A stretch of DNA of 62,987 bases, counting the filler, from Folioceros fuciformis (lineage: Eukaryota), in assembly GCA_049999805.1 (NCBI GenBank). It is 6 parts of 6 records of this genome, joined end to end, with 100 filler letters (N's around TTAATTAATTAA, not from the genome) between each part and the next. Parts side by side here need not be neighbours in the genome. Positions count along the whole stretch, not along the records: positions 1 to 11,999 come from JBNGIO010006104.1; 5 more parts are not named here. The stretch is one strand, 5' to 3'. Below the pieces are notes generated by a model. It searched no databases and was not told the DNA's origin. It saw only the letters and a program-made list of their open reading frames with translations. The translations under genes were made by a program, and so were the position numbers. Positions 1 to 12,099 of this stretch are shown here, in pieces; position 1 is the stretch's first letter, and each line of letters begins with the position of its first letter.

Positions 1-719
1 TTTGTACAACTTCACGGCTACTGCTCACATTCATCTCGTCGAGCGCGAGCACAGCACAAGCACAGAATTTTCCCGGATTGGTGTCGGATCGAATCTGCTC
101 GTGGGCCCCGATCGACGTGGATTGGGTCCACTTTCGCCATTCCGGTCGCCCGCCATTGCGCCGGTCTGCCGCTTTCCTCACCACCGACCTACCGGTCCGG
201 TCGCTGCCTTCGTCCAACACTCGCATACGTGTACGTACCTACCTACCTACACTGTACGTACGTTTTCTTAGCGACGAAGGCAGCCACGTTTGCCTCAGCT
301 ATGTACATTATCTTTGTGCCTTCATGTATTAGTATTAGTGGGTCTATTAAAGTCGTGTAAAAAATATCTAAAAATATGGTTAATTTCACTCCTGCTGAAG
401 GCAATAATTATTCAAGATTGTCTGCAAAAGATCTCTCCTTCGCACCCATGGGTTGAGGATGAACCTGGTCTCGGTGAACCGTGGGGTCAGTTCCTTTTAG
501 GTTATCAGCAGCATCCGCCGTCCTGGTCACTTCTCCTACCCTAGCCTGGCTGGGTGGAAGGCCTTGCCTTATCTCCTTATCCTTGCGCCTGCGAGCGGCC
601 TGTGCGTTGCGTTCGTATGGAGTGCTCCCACACGAGATCTTGGACTCTGCCGTTGTGCGGTTTTGGGACTTGCGTTCTAACGGCGGTCGCTGAGCAACAG
701 CTACAGTGTGGCAGCCGGA

Positions 720-1400
720 CCCGTTGTAAGGAGCCCAGCACAGCCAGTTCCGAGAAAGTGTATGGGTAGGTCGGGGTTTTCCAGTGGTGACGTTGCCAGG
801 CTCTGGAGCACTTGCGGCTGAGACTTCTTCTGGACCCTGCCACGTGGCGGGACAACAGGGGAGAGAAGGTGGTCGGGCTTCCGGTGTGAGGCGGGGTCCG
901 GGGAGGTGCCGCTGTCAGACAACATGGTAAGGGGAGCTTGGGCGGATGAGTATGAGTACCTGTGGAAGGGAATATTGTGGATGATGAAGCAGTGGGTAAC
1001 GGCTCGGTGGAGATGAGTGCGAAATGTGTGGCGAAGTGAAAGATGGACGCACGCCAGGGGTTCGATGGCCTGGCCGCCAAGGATGTGATGTGCTGGCTCG
1101 CCAAGAGGTGCTTGTTTTGTGTCGATTAGTGGAGGATGTGGGCCTCGTTTTGGCTGACCATGTTCCTTTAGCTTACCTTCTGAAGGCCTCCTGAACGGCT
1201 GTTCCGTTGCTTGTACCGGCTCTCCCTTGTTGTTGAAAGATGGCTGCTCGATAGCGTTACGGTTACCATGTGCCTGGTGGTCTTGGACGCAGAATATGCT
1301 GAAGTGGAAGATTCATGCCAAGTTTTTGACATCTTGGGTCCGAAGATGTGTGGTGACATGCACCACCCTGATTCCTTTGTGTGCTCTGTGAGGGCTGGGA
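720..1400 (+). pseudogene. Decayed PLS-class PPR gene with N-terminal WWDNR/PDF motif, paralog of the gene at 56551-59571
   Basis: Manual translation across frameshifts gives VRSPAQP..., EHLRLRLLLDPATWRDNRGEK (vs EHLWQQFFLEPTMWWDNRRDK), VEGNIVDDEAVGNGSVEMSAKC...ARQGFDGLAAKDV, and VERWLLDSVTVTMCLVVLDAEYAEVEDSCQVFD. These are collinear with the intact PPR-DYW gene. Many stops and indels. Confidence 0.7.
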
Positions 1401-1519
1401 CAAGTGGCGCTGTAAACTAGGATTCCAGATTCTCTACTCTATCTGCTTGTTGGTGTGAAGTATGGGTGTGGCAGGATATGCTCTGCTGCAAACATAGAGG
1501 GTGGCGCAGATGTAACGTT

Positions 1520-1965
1520 GAAGGGAATGTGTAGTCACTGCTCCATCGCAGGGATACTGTAGTTACTCCATCACTACTGAAGATAAAGGAGAGGTCAACG
1601 TGATATAGGTGATGCGTGGTGCAGTAATGTTGTTACACTCCAGCATTCAAGGGGGACCGTGTGGTACTACGGCACACCAACATTGCAGTGAGACTACGTG
1701 TGGCTATGGCACCGCCGAAGGCTGAGGTGTGAAAGCGGTCGAGAGGTAGAGGGAAGGGAGAAGAAGGAAAGCAGTGGAGGGAAGTGTGATGATGAGGGAA
1801 AGCGGTGGATAGAATATAGGAGAGGAAGAGAAGTGGTGCATGAACGTTACAATGTGGTGGTCGAAGGAAGCTCGCTACGGAGGGAAATGGTGGTTACAAT
1901 GCGTTATGGAGGGAAATGGTGATTGCTGTGCGTGGTGGAGGGAAAGTGTGGTCACTGCACCATGG
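1520..1965. repeat. Diverged purine-rich tandem repeat (about 25-30 bp unit, GGAGGGAAATGGTGGTTAC-like) running into an N gap
   Basis: Recurrent GGAGGGAAA(T/G)G..GTG/GTCACTGC motifs at roughly 29-bp spacing near 1879-1965. Confidence 0.45.
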
Positions 1966-2599
1966 NNNNNNNNNNNNNNNNNNNNNNNNNNNNNNNNNNN
2001 NNNNNNNNNNNNNNNNNNNNNNNNNNNNNNNNNNNNNNNNNNNNNNNNNNNNNNNNNNNNNNNNNGGGAAGTTTGTTCCCTATATTTCTGGGATAGAGGA
2101 GGTAGAATGATGGAGGGAATGTATGGCTGCAGAGGTTCACTGTCGTATGGAAATGCAGAACCCTGATTATTGCGTAGAACTTGTGGTAGGACATCAGTCA
2201 GCAAGGTTGAATAGTAGAGGTGGAAGTTCGTGTAGGATGCATTGGCATTCATATCTAAATGTCCGTGCCTGAAACTGATTTGCGTCAGGACGGCTGCACA
2301 GCTGGATATGGATGCCAAAGCTCCCTACAGAACTTCCACCTCTTTTATCTGATTTTGTCAAGTGATGTTTGGTGGCAAGAGAGGTATGTAGGGTGTTGAG
2401 GGTGTTGCATTTGTGTATGGCAGTGAACACCTGCAGTTACACTTCCCCTCCACCGCTTTACCTTACCTACCTCTATGATATAGTGAGTAGACTTTTCCTG
2501 CACCGCTTTATCTCTCCCACTCTTATGGCGCAGGTCCCTTTCATGCGTTCAAGGTTTTCTTTACATCGACCTTGCAGAGGTTTTTGTTTATGACAAATC

Positions 2600-3560
2600 C
2601 TTTGTGATACTACAGTCCTGGATAAAGCCTGTTCTTGAACTGTAGGTCAAGCTTCTTTTTTGGTGAGTTGTGGCTCCTTTTCATATATTTCCGATAAGTG
2701 CAGACATGCATCTTACCCTTTTTCCGTGGTGCCGTTGGTTTTTTTACTTTGTTTATGCCTAATGTTGCAGAACTTGTGAATGCCCTTGTTAAAGAGCTTA
2801 GATCGAAGATGGTGCATCGTAGTAGTGGAGCTTGAATGGAAGCATGGGATGCCGAGGAACTTGTCGATGTCCGGAATCCAGAAGTGCCTCGCTTGCTCGT
2901 CTTTCGGAGAACTAAGCAACTACAAAGGTCGGTATTATCAGCACCCTGTTGCCCGGAAAGTCGAGCATTCCATCTGCCGAAAAGCTGAGCTGATGTCTGT
3001 ATTTTGCTTTGCTCCTTGGAAACGAGGCTATACATGTGTAAACTGAGCATCCATTTCTTCTCCAACTGGCTTCCCGTAACGTTGCCTAGCCACAAATGGG
3101 CAAGCACGTCGTAAATGGTTCGCTCCATATCACACTTTCTGCATTTTGTAGGGAGATTGGGGTAGGTCTGTGATAGATGTCATTTTCCTCTAGATTCTCG
3201 GGAAGCCCCATTTCCATCATTTAAGGAGGTCATAGTTGGCAGACACCTTGATTCCGAACCTAGCGGTAGTCTCTAGCCAAGGTCCTTGGTGGTGTCCCTA
3301 GCCAAAGATGCTTGATGGTGATGTGGCCCTTGTTTTGAGCAAACTGGTAAAGGTCGGGATTCGAATGAGGCCAAGTAGTTTTTGTTTGAATTATGTGGTC
3401 TTTGCAGGGGCCTTGTGGTTCTGGTGCAACTGGGCAGTTCTCCTTGAAGCCGAGACATTCGTAAATGAGCTCTTAGTCAAGGTCATGGTACTTTTTATCT
3501 GTCTATTTATATGACAATGTAGACGAGCAGATGTTCTTGGCGGTATCTTCTTGGAGTCAT
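2600..3560 (-). mobile_element. Highly degenerate Ty3/gypsy pol relic (RNase H/integrase remnants)
   Basis: Minus-strand peptide HLRSKLFNKGIHKFCNIRHKQSKKTNGTTEKG resembles the integrase core (SDRGTHF.N..I...IRH...NG.TEK.N) of the gypsy element at 15493-16302. The rest is heavily decayed. Confidence 0.35.
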
Positions 3561-4747
3561 GGCACGTTTCTTGTCACATTCCAGGTGGATATGCAGGAAA
3601 GGGAGCTTAAAACCAGGATATTTTGAAATAATGTAGACATCCAGATCTGAACAAAGTGAATCAACCTTGTACTAAGCCGCGTGACATGTCTGTCTGTCTG
3701 TCTAATTCCGACAACTCAGTTATCTAGCACAATTTAGAGGTCTATCCCCATGGTAGTAGTTCTGTAATCCAGCGCGACTAAGAGGGAAGAGCTTGACAAA
3801 AAGTAGCAGCAAAGGTCTGAGATACTGCTGATTAATTATTTCAATTGATTACTTCATTCAATTGATTACTTCACTCTTCATACTTATAGCACGCAATATT
3901 AATAAGTTTAGCGTTCCACATGTGTGGGATTTCATTGGTGGTGAGAACCAGTTCTCCTTCCAAGCAGCAACAAACTGTTGGTCATAAGCTACTGGGAGAT
4001 CACAAACTTATTCTCACCAAACTAGAATCTCTCCTACAACCTCATGCATTGTAGAGCCAGTGAGGTTGACAAGGATTTCTGTCTGTAAACTGGTGAGTGT
4101 GACAGAGGGAGTCAGGCGGGCCCGTAGGTGATCCCTAAGATCGGTGACCTACTGATACTCCCGTGCCAGGGTACTGTACTAGGATTGGAGTTCTCCACTC
4201 TCCCTAAGGATAGACTTCATAATTTGTGGCAGCGGGTGCTCGCGTACTCTCGGCCCTACCCAAGAAGATGTTGAGTTTTCACTCGCTGATCCGATGGCGA
4301 GAAAGTGATGGGTCATGACATGATTCGCCTTCGTACTTAGCTACGCTTCCAACTTCGGATTCTGTTGTACGAATGCTGCTATAGATCGGTGAGTCGGTAA
4401 CAAGGCACCCCTATTTGATGGCTTTTCTCTCCATTCCGGGAGAGTTTTCGATGTCTGGTCAGTTTCTGCACAAGCTCACGTCATGGCATGGCAGCTCTCT
4501 CCGGGAGGATTGACATGTAGTGACGCATCGGAACAGTTCCAGCATTGTCGTACTGTTGTTGGCTGGAATCGGCAAGTCAGCAGCTCAAAGTCCTCAAAGA
4601 CGCATGCATGTCTGGTACATGACTCAGTTTCCCACAAGCCAGAGATACACAACGTGGAGGCTTGTGGGGCTCCATTCCGCTGGTTAGCCCCTACGAGGTT
4701 GCGGCTGACGAATGGAGGCCAACCCTGAGAACCTGTGTGCAACGAGC

Positions 4748-4820
4748 GAGCATATTCTCACCGAACACCGAGCATATTTTCACCGAACACCGAGCATATT
4801 CTCACCGAACACCGAGCATA
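4748..4820. repeat. 22-bp tandem repeat, about 3.3 copies (GAGCATATTCTCACCGAACACC)
   Basis: Direct head-to-tail copies with no spacers. Confidence 0.9.
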
Positions 4821-6286
4821 ATCTCGCCTTAAACCCCATATGTTCAGGAGCTAGTGAGGGTGACCGGATTGAGAGTGGTAAGATGGTTCAAGTATCTTCT
4901 CGTAGGGTGTTATCATGGGCCGAAGGCATTAGATGCCGCCTTCGCCTCGGTCTACTGCTCTTCTTGCTTGAAAAGCCCGATGCATGTTGCGGCAGCCCTT
5001 CCACATCTGCTTTCCGTTGGGTACTTGTACGATTCCGTTTGTCCCTAGAGTATGTGGGCCTTATCCAATTGAAGAGTCCTCAGACTCCCAGAACGACAAA
5101 CTCACTTCGCTGCACGAAGAACTACTGTAGTTGGTCTGGGAATATTCGTTGGTCCTTGAGCCCCGCTGCGTCTGCAATCCCCCACACCGTTGTACAACCT
5201 TCCTACGCCGGCTTCTCTGGACGCTCGGGTGCTGTGCTCCGAGGGTTTCACGAAGAGAATCAAAGAATGTGCAAGGGGAATCTCGGTAACTCGGTACCGG
5301 TTCAACTATCCCGAGGCCGGCTTAGGTGAACTGGATCGAGTTTGTCGAAAGCAGGACTTCGGGGTAGCGTCGCCTCGGCTTCGTGCGATGGCTGCCAGAC
5401 TAAAGGTTCAAAACTCACCCGGGTTGCAGTCGGCGCTGGGTTGCGGAAAGCAGGACTGATCGTGAAAAATGCAGAACAGGGAATCTGGAAAGTCGTGATA
5501 CAAGTCCTGAACTGTCCATGTAGGCATGTGTGGTCGCAATTTGCCAATTCATTAATCGTCTGGCCGGTGAGCCCACGATGGGCTCTGTATCACTGACTTG
5601 TGAACACCACAAAGGTGTACATGAGACAAGGATGGCGGCACTCTCCAACAACCCCCAAATCAGCGTGTTTAATCCATCAGGGATTAAACGACATGTCAAC
5701 AAGCCGGAGAATATTGCAGATCACCGGTGGTCCACCAGACCAAGGCAGGGCAGGGCAGGACGAGGACTGTGGACAACTTAAAACTGATTTTGCTGTAATC
5801 ATCTGTCAACTATTAGTCACTCAGCCTACATTCAACGACGCTCGGATCTACCACCAGTATCGCACTGCCTTGGCACGACAGGGATGCACAAACTTCTCAA
5901 ACCTGAGTAGCAATCACACATTTTTGAGCTTGATCCAGTCACTTTATCTGCAAACTGCAGTTATCAACTGTATGTCTTCAATATTGTGCCTGGGGCTTTC
6001 CACGGGGACTTGAGTGACATGCCGTCCTCAGCTACTGGATGCCTACCTAGGAACTTTCATGCTGGTCGCTGGATCGTTTATCCCCGCTTTCAAAACCTGG
6101 TCGATAGGGGAGCCGTGGGCACCGTCAAATCCTGGAACACACGGTCAGCAGTGCGTAGGATTAGAACAAGTCCTGAGACGCGAACCTGCCGTAGCGAAAA
6201 GCAGGTAGGAGCGGTACAGTCCACGGCTAACCAAAATACCCAGGCTGAAAAGTGGCTTGGCCTTGACGTGCCCTACGCATCCCCTA

Positions 6287-7083
6287 TTATCTCTCGCCGA
6301 AAGGGGCTTGCATCAAGTCGAAGGCCTTTTCCAGTAACTGATTGCACAGACAGGTACATCCGTCAGTTGCATAACACAACCTGTGCTGTCTGAAAGCAGA
6401 CTGGACAGCCTACTCACTGTACTAAAAGTCTTCAGCTCTCGACCGATTGGTTCCAACGCCTTCAAACTGCCAGACAGCTGGAAAGGAAGCGGCCAGATCT
6501 GCCAGCACCACTTTCAAAGTCAGCTTCCGGAGTCTCACGACACCACACAAGCTTGCTTGAGGCAGATGAGCTTACCTGGATGCCTTGTATCCTTAACGGC
6601 TTGACTTGGCCTGGAACAATACAATCTGGTCCAGCTGGCTCCACAAAAGCCTCTGTGGCTAACCCCATGCCTATAGGATCCGGATGCTGCTACAACACGT
6701 TCAGCAAATCAGTAACGGCGATATACAAAAGCAATCAAGTTCAGCTTCCCATACAACCGATAGAGAGGACTGGTACTGAAATCGCAAACAACAGTTTGTA
6801 CGTCAAAAACGCAAGGCCAAGACGTTTCCTACAGGCGTGCCTTCAGCAGTACAAAGCCAAAAGAACAATGGAACACGAGAACCAAACAAAGACAGGTGAA
6901 TGGATTCCTCACCTTCATGATGCTCATAGCGTAGCGAAAATTAGGGCCTTCACGCACAGAGAGGATGACACCCTGAGAGATAATAGGGACTGCCTTCTCC
7001 CCGGTCTTCCTCCACGGTGCGTCGTCTGAGTACTTGGATGCCTTGCCCTTGCCCTTTACCGCCGCTCCCTTCTTGGGAGCCAT
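6287..7083 (-). CDS. Conserved uncharacterised land-plant protein (about 137 aa, 4 exons: 7083-6913, 6686-6576, 6498-6418, 6337-6287)
   Basis: GT-AG splicing gives MAPKKG...SDDAPWR...YAMSIMK/HPDPIGMGLATEAFVEPAGPDCIVPGQVKPLRIQGIQ/IWPLPFQLSGSLKALEPIGRELKTFST/LLEKAFDLMQAPFGER*. The DDAPWR and AGPDCIVPGQ motifs match a plant family recalled from memory. All exons are phase 0. Confidence 0.85.
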
Positions 7084-7895
7084 GTCTGAGAACCCTGCAC
7101 TGCCGGAAGGGGCCGCCCTCCAGACACTGAGCGCTTGCTGGTCAGCAACAGAAACGGTAGGCGCAAGGCATGGCACCGCTTAATCCGTCTCCAAGTCAGC
7201 CCACAGGATGAGGCTCGGCAGACTCGCCACATGTGTATATCCTATTTCTTTATTACCTCCCGGGAGAGTTTTTCCATGAGCGTTCATAAGGGAACTAGCG
7301 AATGCGGTTTTCACAACGACGGTGCACGCGGCCAGGCGGCATTAGCGATTTCAGCCCCTTTCAATTCCCAAATTATCATATATCATATACTATTATATCA
7401 TGATGCATTAGGTGTCCGAAGGGTGGCCCTTGAGCTCTAGTCCTGTCCGGTCTGTTTGATCTTGTAATTTTTTTAGGGTTTAGGGCTTATTTTATTTTTT
7501 TCTCAAGTGAAGCCCTAAAAACTTTTATTTTATTTTCTAATAAATTCTTCATTTCCTTTTATATTTCCATATGATATATATATCATCACATTTAAAAAAG
7601 TCTTAATTTTAAGGCTTGTATCTTTTAAAGTTTTAACTTGGATCAAATCATTCATATTATAGGGCTTAAACCCTAAACCATATTACACAAAATACCAATC
7701 TCATCAAAATGCAAAGTATATAATTATGTCACTTACGAAAGGATGTTTATAAAGTTGTATTTTCTATGATATAAAGTTGTATTTTCAATGATTGAAAAAA
7801 GAGATTGGAAAGTCCCCATCTCCTCCAAAGATTGGAGGAACAACCTCATTAGGGCCAAAGGCAAAAAGATGAAATCTCTCCTGCGAATATCATTT

Positions 7896-10064
7896 TCAAA
7901 AACTACCTACTGCTCCCAAAATGTCATGATGTGGAGTAACAAAAGACCTACCTACCACCGGTGGTGGAGAAGCCGCTTGACCTACGCTTGTTGCTATTCT
8001 AAAAACTGCATTGGCCAATGCACGTTGCAAAGCAATGGATACACGTTGTCGAAAGAAGGCCACCACAGAAGAAAGAGAGAGAACACCATTCCTATTGCTC
8101 TGATAAACCTTAGCGCACTCCTTGATAAACCTTGAAAAGTCCTTGCCCATAGTTCCATGAGTCTCAAGAGCAAGGGGGATGAAAGTATGCCCGTCTTGCA
8201 AAGGAGAATACTTATGGACTTTGGCACTTGCACAACCCTTTGTTGCCCAACCAGGGGGGTTGATGATGACGTGCTCACAAATCGAATTCCTAGTGGGATC
8301 CGTAACAACCACATCAGCAACACAAACCTGTTCTCCCCTAGTGAAAAAAAGGTCGGCTCTAAGTGAAACCCCATTGCGCAAAGTATATGGACGCTCCCTA
8401 TACGGAAGAAACCCACACTCCCTAGCCATTGAGAACATGACATCCCGAACTGCATCATGAGTGGCAATGCGGTGACCCCCAACGGGACAACGTGCCAAAT
8501 GGAACCCTGTGTTGACAATGGCAACCCCACAACTGCATATAGAGAGAGAAAAAGCCAAGGGGTGGGCCAAACCTAAGCGAAATTTCATCGCGGTGGCAAA
8601 AGTTGCTAGTGCGAGTGATTCGAAACGCCTAGATGCAAGGTCCAGCTAAAAGCCAAGAACCCGCTCCTTTACTTGAACAAGATCGAATACGAGCTCGAGA
8701 AGACCTAGGGATGGATGAGTCTGAAAGAAGGGCTTTTAGTGCTTGGCCATATTGCTTTTCTAGGAGGGAGGCTTGGAGACCCTTCAACCCTTCCCTAGAA
8801 AAGGAGGTGAAAGGAGGTAGAGCCTCACGAGCCTCCAAAGGTAGAGAATCTCTCGCTTGTGTAAGAGACACCTGTAAAGGGAAAACGCCCTCCTCAACAC
8901 CTAAAATAAAACTTTCAAGAACAAGGGAATCTTGTAGTAAAAAACGAGAGACCAAAATTGGAGGTGAGAGGGCCCAGCTGCCGAGAAAGACAGTTGGGGT
9001 AGAGGCCTCCATGGCCAAAAGACCAACCCCTCCAAAGGCGACTAGCAAAGAAGCTTGCTTCCGAGCCAGATCACCGACAGCACACTCGAAGGTGCTCGGA
9101 CCTATGATGTTCCCAAGAGCCTGCATAATTTGATTGTCAAACTTCTTGAGACTTGATAAGAAAAATGGAAAAGGGGCAAGAGTTCTAGTGAGGTAACCTA
9201 GTCGCCGAGCAAAACAAGAAGAAAGGATACCAAACGCAATTTGAGGATCACCAATTTGTGAGAGGTTCATGATATGAGCCAAATCTTCATCCAACGCTTT
9301 ATCCACAAACCTATGAACAAAATCAGGAGGTCCCACAAGCACACCCAAGACTCGAAGTCCCTACGAGGGGGTGATATCCCCCCCAAATATTGAAGGGGGG
9401 GGAGTGATGCTTGAAGGGGACCAAACCCTGCATTTAGATAGCTTGACCCGCAACCCCACCTTGGAGAGCTCTGATGAGAAGAAATCAAATGCTGCTTTGC
9501 CTGTGACTCCTTGCCCAAGAATATGAGTGTCATCAGCCACGAAACGGAAAAGGCATTCCCGAAATGCTAAGGCAATAGAGGACAACGCACGAGAATGCGC
9601 CATTGCTAAAAGAGCACCCCCCAGCAAATCCCCTTGCCTTGTGCCTGGTGCTGAATCAAAAACTGAGACCCCCTCAATAGTCGGACCGTGTTGGTAGTAG
9701 AGCTTGGATGGCGAGCCATAGAAGGAGCGAACAAAAGGGATAAGACTTGCCAATTGACTTCCTGCACTCTTGAGCTCCGAGGAGATGGCGACCCTAGAGA
9801 CGGTGTTGAAAGCATTTTCAATATCTCCTGCAAAGCTACCCAGTAAGGATGTAACTCAAGGGTCGCCTGGATGCCGAGAGCAGCAGATTCACACCCACCT
9901 GGAGTAGCAATCCCAAATTGGTAGGGTGCAAGATGCGCTTGGAAGTACTCATGAAGTTGAATTGCGATACTTCGGCCGATAAGGCTCAAAAATACCTCCC
10001 CCACAGTAATAGGGTGCACTCCTGAGGTGGGCTTTTTCAATGCAAGTAGCCTACTAGCTGCCAA
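7896..10064 (-). mobile_element. CRE-like non-LTR retrotransposon (RT plus C-terminal restriction-like endonuclease), 5'-truncated and frameshifted
   Basis: RT motifs: RLLALKKPTSGVHPITVGEV, QFGIATPGGCE, GTRQGDLLG, FVADD. C-terminal Cys/His knuckle (HLARCPVGGHRIATHDAVRD) and RLE motifs RADLFF, DVVVTDP, KVHKY, FIPLALETHG, RQRVSIALQR. Split over four ORFs. Confidence 0.85.
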
Positions 10065-11140
10065 AACTTTATAAAGAGATCAATCTTGTGATGTTAACCC
10101 TAAACCCTAAAATCTTAAACCATGTTTACATTGGTATAGGGTATGGAATACCGATGCGGACAGGGACTACATAGTCATTTTTTTTTTTTGAATACGTATT
10201 TATACACAAATATTCCATGGCATCTAATGAATATTCCTCTTCCGTACTTGCCTTATCATCCAATCCTACGTATATACCATATAGCTCATTTTTTTCATTA
10301 TCTGTAACCTCTTTGTGGACCGAAAGGGACACAGTCTTTAAAGAATCGTCCCCAATGGATACAAAGTGTGTAAAGTTTCTAGCACACATCTCTGGACAAT
10401 TGGGCCTAGCCGTGAAGGCAGGCGAGCTATGGACGTGGTCGCCCTTTATTCAATTACAAGCCATCAGCCCCGCTACAACCTCAGTTGCCACAGCAAACAG
10501 GTCTCCCTTCCATCCAGCATCACGCTCACCTCACAATGTACACCACAACAAGCTTACCCGAAACTTACCCTCTACTCAAGGCAGCCATGGATCAGGATTG
10601 CCTCCTCAACCGTTTCCTGCACCCCTCGTGGGGGCGGTCGTCTGCAGTCTCAACCTGCATTGTGCTTTGGGAAGAAACACTGTGACCCTTTGGCTTGCCC
10701 TCATGGGCTATGCAATAACGCAAGGTGATTTCAGCCCCCTTTGGCATAGCACATAGGATGAGCAATTGCCAATTTGGAACCCTGGAGTACCCTAAACCCT
10801 TGTGGCTTCACCAACTCAACATTTAGCCTACGCGGGGCTGAGGCACTAAACTGTAGAACCCATGAAGTGTGGCAAGCGCGAGTAGCCATGAAAGCATGGC
10901 CACCGTGAAACCCTGAAGCAACTTGCCAAGGTATAATAAGTGTATAATAAGTGTCACATTAGCCTAGAAGAGATCATAGATAGGAGGAATATCATTGTAA
11001 CAAACAAGTATAATATGTGTCACCTTGACCTACATATGGAATACCGATATGGACAAGGGTTCTTTCACAAAAAATTTAGGGCGGCGGTATACGGTGCAAA
11101 CAGTTTGGACATAACGTTTGTGCCCACTTCGGTCACAGGG

Positions 11141-11178
11141 CACAAAGTAGGTGTCCCGATTAGGACACCTACTTTGTG
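11141..11178. repeat. Perfect 16-bp inverted repeat (hairpin, 6-nt loop)
   Basis: CACAAAGTAGGTGTCC-cgatta-GGACACCTACTTTGTG. Confidence 0.9.
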
Positions 11179-11229
11179 GCGAGGTGTTGCGAGGGATAGG
11201 TGCACCGCAGTCACCACAAGGATTTCTCG

Positions 11230-11430
11230 ACCTGTCTACAAGCTCAAGAAGACTATCTACGGGCTGAATCAAGCCCTCGAGCCTGGTATGCAAGAATATA
11301 TGCATTTCTGAAGGCACTAGGTTTCCTAAGCCTTCATGCGGACAGCAATGTGTATGTCAAGAGACAGGGAAGGAAGTTCATAGCACTAGCTGTATACGTA
11401 GACGACCTGATCGTCATGAGCAATTCCTGG
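11230..11430 (+). mobile_element. Ty1/copia reverse-transcriptase fragment
   Basis: VYKLKKTIYGLNQA (frameshift) RAWYARIYAFLKALGF...ADSNVYVK...AVYVDDL. Confidence 0.85.
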
Positions 11431-11449
11431 AGTATTAATTACCCTTAGT

Positions 11450-11999
11450 TAGGTTCAGGTCTAGGTTAGCTAACCCTAACCGTTATAACCGTCATGTCTC
11501 TTTCACGGGACATGTACGTGTAAGTGTCAGTTGCAAGATGCACAGCGCACTACGCGCGACCGATGCTTTCTCTATCGATTCTAGCATTCTGCTTATCATG
11601 GTATCAGAGCCTTTAGTTCTGATCCACGCCGTGTGCTACTCTGGCACGTCGATTTGCTGAATGTTTCTTTTTCGCATCAAGACTAGCCCTAGTATTCTTG
11701 GATCCTGGACGGGTGCTTCTGAAATGCTGTAGCCACCTTGTGCGCAAATGCCTTCAGATGTTACACCTGCAAGAATGCAAGCAAGGAGGATTAGCAGGAT
11801 CAGAAATGCCTGGTCTCAAGAAACGTGAGAGGCTAGCAAGGAGAGCGAGAAGGAGGCAGGACTTACAAGACTGGATCGACGCCAGGGAGGACGACTACAA
11901 TCGCTCACTTGCCCCAACCCGTTGGGAGCAAGTGTGGATTAGAATCAGCATCATGTTGTGGTTGATGGCGCAGAATGTGGTCCAAGGATATGAAGCCCT
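11450..11999 (+). mobile_element. 5' end of an LTR retrotransposon: LTR ending ...TATCA at 11598 and tRNA-iMet primer-binding site at 11599-11610
   Basis: TATCA immediately followed by TGGTATCAGAGC, the canonical plant Met-tRNAi PBS. The LTR left boundary is not resolved and the element is truncated by the scaffold end. Confidence 0.7.
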
Positions 12000-12099
12000 N
12001 NNNNNNNNNNNNNNNNNNNNNNNNNNNNNNNNNNNNNNNNNNNTTAATTAATTAANNNNNNNNNNNNNNNNNNNNNNNNNNNNNNNNNNNNNNNNNNNN
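12000..12099. other. Artificial scaffold-joining linker N44-TTAATTAATTAA-N44
   Basis: TTAATTAATTAA (stops in all six frames) at 12044-12055. The same construct recurs at 17098, 21003, 25280 and 48728. Confidence 0.95.

Noticed and set aside
4748-4820. Mini CRISPR or iteron array
   Set aside because: Only three contiguous 22-bp copies, with no spacers.
3700-6250. Several ORFs of 60-205 aa
   Set aside because: No recognisable domain or consistent splice model.
12044-12055. Recurrent palindrome TTAATTAATTAA as a biological motif
   Set aside because: It is always centred in 88 Ns and is an assembly linker.
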